Shown here piece after piece: positions 60,345-64,000 of a stretch of DNA of 64,000 nt. Each line of letters begins with the position of its first letter. Position 1 is the first letter of the stretch. The notes beneath the pieces are model-generated. The model was not told the origin of the DNA and did not search any database. It saw nothing but the letters and a program-made list of their open reading frames with translations. Source of the stretch: Scenedesmus sp. PABB004 (lineage: Eukaryota); NCBI GenBank assembly GCA_014905635.1, contig JABVCE010000003.1:1178001-1242000 (forward strand), written 5' to 3'. A program made the translations under genes and the position numbers.

Positions 60345-62810
60345 ATGGCGCGCGCCGCCCGCGCCCTCCTGGCGGCGCTGCTGCTGGTGTCGAGCGCGTC
60401 TTGCGTCACGTCGAGGTCCCTGAGCGCATCACGCACCACGGCAGCCGTCGCAGCAGGTGGGTCCGTGAGCTTCCCCGCAGCCCTGCCGCGCCGCGCCGCT
60501 GCGCCGCTGCCAGGCGCGCGCATTACGCTCCTAGACCTGCTTCAGTGTGCCCTGCCGGGCCAGAGGGCCATCCGCATCCCTGGATGCGCCACTCACCGCG
60601 CCCTGCTGCTCGCGACCGCAGGGCCCGCCCCGGCGCAGGACAGCGCCCAGGCGCCCGGCAGCCGAGACGACGCTGATGTGACACCTCCCTCGAGAGGTGG
60701 GGGCACCGCGACGCGGGCTGGGGCGCGCCACAGGCGCCGCTGCCCCGCGCCAGCCCGGTGCTCGGCATCCAGCGCTGGGCGCGCTCAGCCTGCCGCCGGC
60801 CGCGAGCGCTCGGCTCGCCTGGTTTGTTTGTTGCGCTGAAGCCGCCCCGCCCGCGCCGCGGCCGCAGGGATGGAGGTGATCGAGGGCCGATACATCGTGT
60901 TCTTCAAGGACGGCGCCGCAGACGCGGCGCGCTCGGCCGCGGCGCTGGTCGCCGAGGTGGCCGCCGCCCTCCCGGCGGCGCCGCGCGTCGCCGCCGCGGC
61001 CGGCGCGGCCGGCGCCAGCATGCAGCTGGTGCGCACGCTGGCCACGGCGGCGCCGGACGCCGCCGGCGCGGCGGCCGGCGGCGCGCGCGGCGCCGCGGCG
61101 GCGGCCGCCGGCGCGGCCGCGCCGCCGCGCGGCGTGTCGGCGGCGGTGCTCAACGCGCCCGCCGAGGCGGTGCCGCTGATGCGCAAGTCGGCGCTCGTCG
61201 CGTCGGTCGTGCCCGACTTCAAAGTGTACAGCCAGTCGCGCGCGCTCGCGCAGCAGCCGGCCGTGCCGAGCTGCGTCGAGGCGTCCGCGCTCACCGGCGG
61301 CGTGAGCACCGCGCCGTCGCCGAGCTTCCGGTGGCCCGGCTGCTGGAGCGCGACGTCGGGCGCGCGCCTGCTGTGGCTGGGCAGCCCGTGCAGCCCCACG
61401 ACCGCGGCCGCGGACACGATGAGCCGCGTCGCCTTTCTCGAGCTGCGCGCGGTCAACGCGACCACCGGGGCGGTGCTGAGCAGCTCCGTCAACGGCCGGC
61501 CCTGCGTGCTGACCCCCAACCGCGCGCGCGCGGGCTGGACGCGGCAGCGCTTCGGGAGCTGCGGCGTCGCGCCGCTCTTCGCGCGCGCGCTGCCGACCTC
61601 CATCTGTGTCCTGCTCGGCGGCGCGCTCGACACGCTGGCGCCCATGGAGAACCTGCTGCCGCGCGAGCCGGTCGCGGGCGGCGAGGAGGTCCCCGCGGGC
61701 GTCACGCGCGTCGAGGCGGCCACGACGCGCCTCGGCGGCGGCGCCACGACGGTCGTCGACCTCTCGGGCCTGCCGCAGACGCAGCAGGTCGTGCTCGGCG
61801 TCCTCGACAGCGGCATCGACGCGACGCACAAGGACCTCAACTACGCCGGCGGCCGCGCGTGGGTCACACCCTCGACCGTCGTGCCCGGCGACGTCGCCGA
61901 CGCCGGCGTCGACCTGTACGGGTGCGCGCCGCGCGCGCGCGCGCCGCGGCCGCGCGGCCCCTTGCGCGGCGCGCGCCCGCCCGCGCCCCGCGCCGCCGGC
62001 CGCGGCGCCGCGCTCACCCGCGCCCGCCGCGCGCGCAGGCACGGCACGCACGTCGCGGGCATCGCCGGCGCGGCGAACAACGGCGCGGGCGTCGTCGGCG
62101 TCGCGCCGGGGCTGCCCGTGTTCAGCCTCAAGGTCCTCAACGGCGAGGGCAGCGGCAGCATGAGCGACGCGCTCGCCGCCGTGCTCTGGGCGGCGGGCCC
62201 CGAGGGCGTGGCCGCCGGCATCAAGGTCATCAACCTCAGCCTCGCCGGCATGCTCGACCCGGCGCGCCCCGACCACGACGAGACGCTCTCGAGCGTGTGC
62301 GGCGTGTTTGCGTCCGCCGCGGAGGGCCCCGCGGGGCTGCTCATCGTCGCCGCGGCGGGCAACTACGGCGACTCCATCTACAACGTCCTTCCCGCCGCCT
62401 GCCCCGCCGTCGCGGCGGTCACGGGCGTCGACGGGCGCTACAACGAGGCCGCAAGCTTCTCCAACTTCCTACCCAGCACCGCGCCCGAGGCGGAGCGGGG
62501 CCGCGTCATCGCGGCGCCCGCGGTTGCGGTGGTGTCGACCATGCCCTACTCCAAGGACCCGACCGGCTACCGGGCGCTCTCGGGCACCAGCCAGGCCGCG
62601 CCGCACGTGTCGGGCATCGCCGCGACCTGCCTCGCCGCGGGGCCGTGCGCCGTGCCGACGACGGGGCTCGGCAAGCTCGCGGTGCTGCAGGCCGCGGCGC
62701 GCGAGCGCGTCGCCGCGCCCGACGGCGCGTCGTACGCGTTCACCGGCGACGCGTCGCGGCCGGGGCTCAGCAGCCGCTACTATGGCCTCCTCACATGGGC
62801 CAAGTACTGA
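60345..62810 (+). CDS. Secreted subtilisin-like serine protease (S8) with I9-like propeptide
   Basis: Signal peptide MARAARALLAALLLVSSASC; propeptide GRYIVFFKD..VVPD; triad VLDSGID / HGTHVAG / GTSQAAPHVSG; oxyanion AAAGN. Confidence 0.92.
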
Positions 62811-64000
62811 CGGCGGCCTGCTGCTCACATGGTCCAAGCACTGGCGGCGCGGCGCGCGCCCCCGCTGCGGGGCGCCGCCGCGCCGGCGCAGGCGCCCCGC
62901 GCTGCTGCTGGTGCTGCTGCCTGCTGGAGAGCAGAGCCGAACTGCACGCTCCGCACCCACACTGCACATTCACAGCCGCTCGCGGCCAGCATGCGTCCCT
63001 CCCACCGCACCGCCCTGACAGGGCGGCGGGCACGCGCCCGCCGCCCGTCTCCACGCGCTCCCCCGTCCCTGGTTTGACTGATCTGATCCCTTGCTCACGC
63101 GTGCTTGAATCCGTACGGCCCAGCGCGCCCGCGGGCCGATTGGCCTGGGCGCGCTCCGGCTGCTCCGCAGGCCGCGCTCGTCGCTGCGCGGTGGCGCGGC
63201 CCGTGATCAATCCTCACGCCAGTCTGCCGGGACCCACGCATCCCTTTTGCTTCTCGACCCCTGCGCACGCATCAGCTCCTGCCCGCGCCCCGGATACGCA
63301 CTGCACCCCTGCACCCTGGGGGTTGTACATTCTCGCGCGCCAAGGCGCAGAGGGAGGGGACGGAGGATAGGGTTGTTTGAGGGTGGCGAATAGGGGCCAT
63401 GGTTTTGGGAGGGCGCCGGCGGCGCACAGCCGATTTACTCACTGCTGGCCGGGTTTTTTCACTCGCTCGCGCGGCCGGCTGCCCGCGTGGGCGCGCGTGA
63501 CGCGGCCTGCGGCCTGGCCGCGCCGCTCCGCACCTGCTGTGCTCTGTCATCGTGGGCCTCTGCGTGTGTGAACGCCAGCGCACGCGCTCGGCCGCATTCT
63601 TCTTCGCCTCACCTCCCTGCGTGGCGGCTCGCCCGCGCTCACGCATTCCCAGACCGACTTTCATTGATTCGGGTGCCTCCACAGACAGACACTTGCGCAA
63701 CGGCAGCGGCATGGGGAAAAGGATTTTTGGGCAGTTGGGTGTGTGGGTGCTGGCTGTGCACGGATGGACGGGATAGGGTGGGAGCGCGTGCGTGCGTGCG
63801 CGCACCGCAGAACGATGAGGCTAGGCCAGGCCAGGCCTGGGCCTCGAGCTCGGCTCGGTCGCAGCGCCTGCTGCGCTTGCGCCATGTCGCCATGTCAAGG
63901 GCGGTGGCGTCTCTCTCGGCAGCCTTCTCACACCTCTCACACGCTCTGTCGACAAATGTCGCGGAGCATGCTCAAACGGGGGTTGGAAGAGGGCTGTGTG

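Overview
Eukaryotic nuclear DNA: extremely GC-rich, gene-dense, with many short (~80-200 nt) spliceosomal introns. It looks like a chlorophyte green alga, probably Sphaeropleales/Selenastraceae-like (inference). Most long six-frame ORFs are GC artefacts, so I rebuilt the genes by hand from exon fragments. About 23 protein-coding genes: TAM41, MPO1/DUF962, PurN, a plastid-type unknown, a J-domain protein, PIG-U, a secreted papain-LysM-LRR protein, a tandem SnoaL cyclase, COQ5, an orphan ORF, IFT140, an NAD(P)-binding reductase, a dual-specificity phosphatase, VPS26, a CBM20 protein, an AFG2B/CDC48B AAA ATPase with a separate upstream N-domain-like ORF, an SLC35F-like transporter, an AP2/ERF factor, a CHASE-receptor kinase, FEN1, a BOR/SLC4 transporter and a subtilisin. 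Highlights: (1) two ~90%-identical introns in unrelated genes, with similarity spanning splice site to splice site (introner-like mobile intron); (2) a papain + split LysM + LRR secreted protein; (3) an apparently split, possibly bicistronic AFG2B locus; (4) very frequent GC-AG introns; (5) a palindromic TTGCAA candidate poly(A) signal shared by convergent genes. No rRNA, tRNA or CRISPR seen. CDS coordinates span start codon to stop codon including introns.
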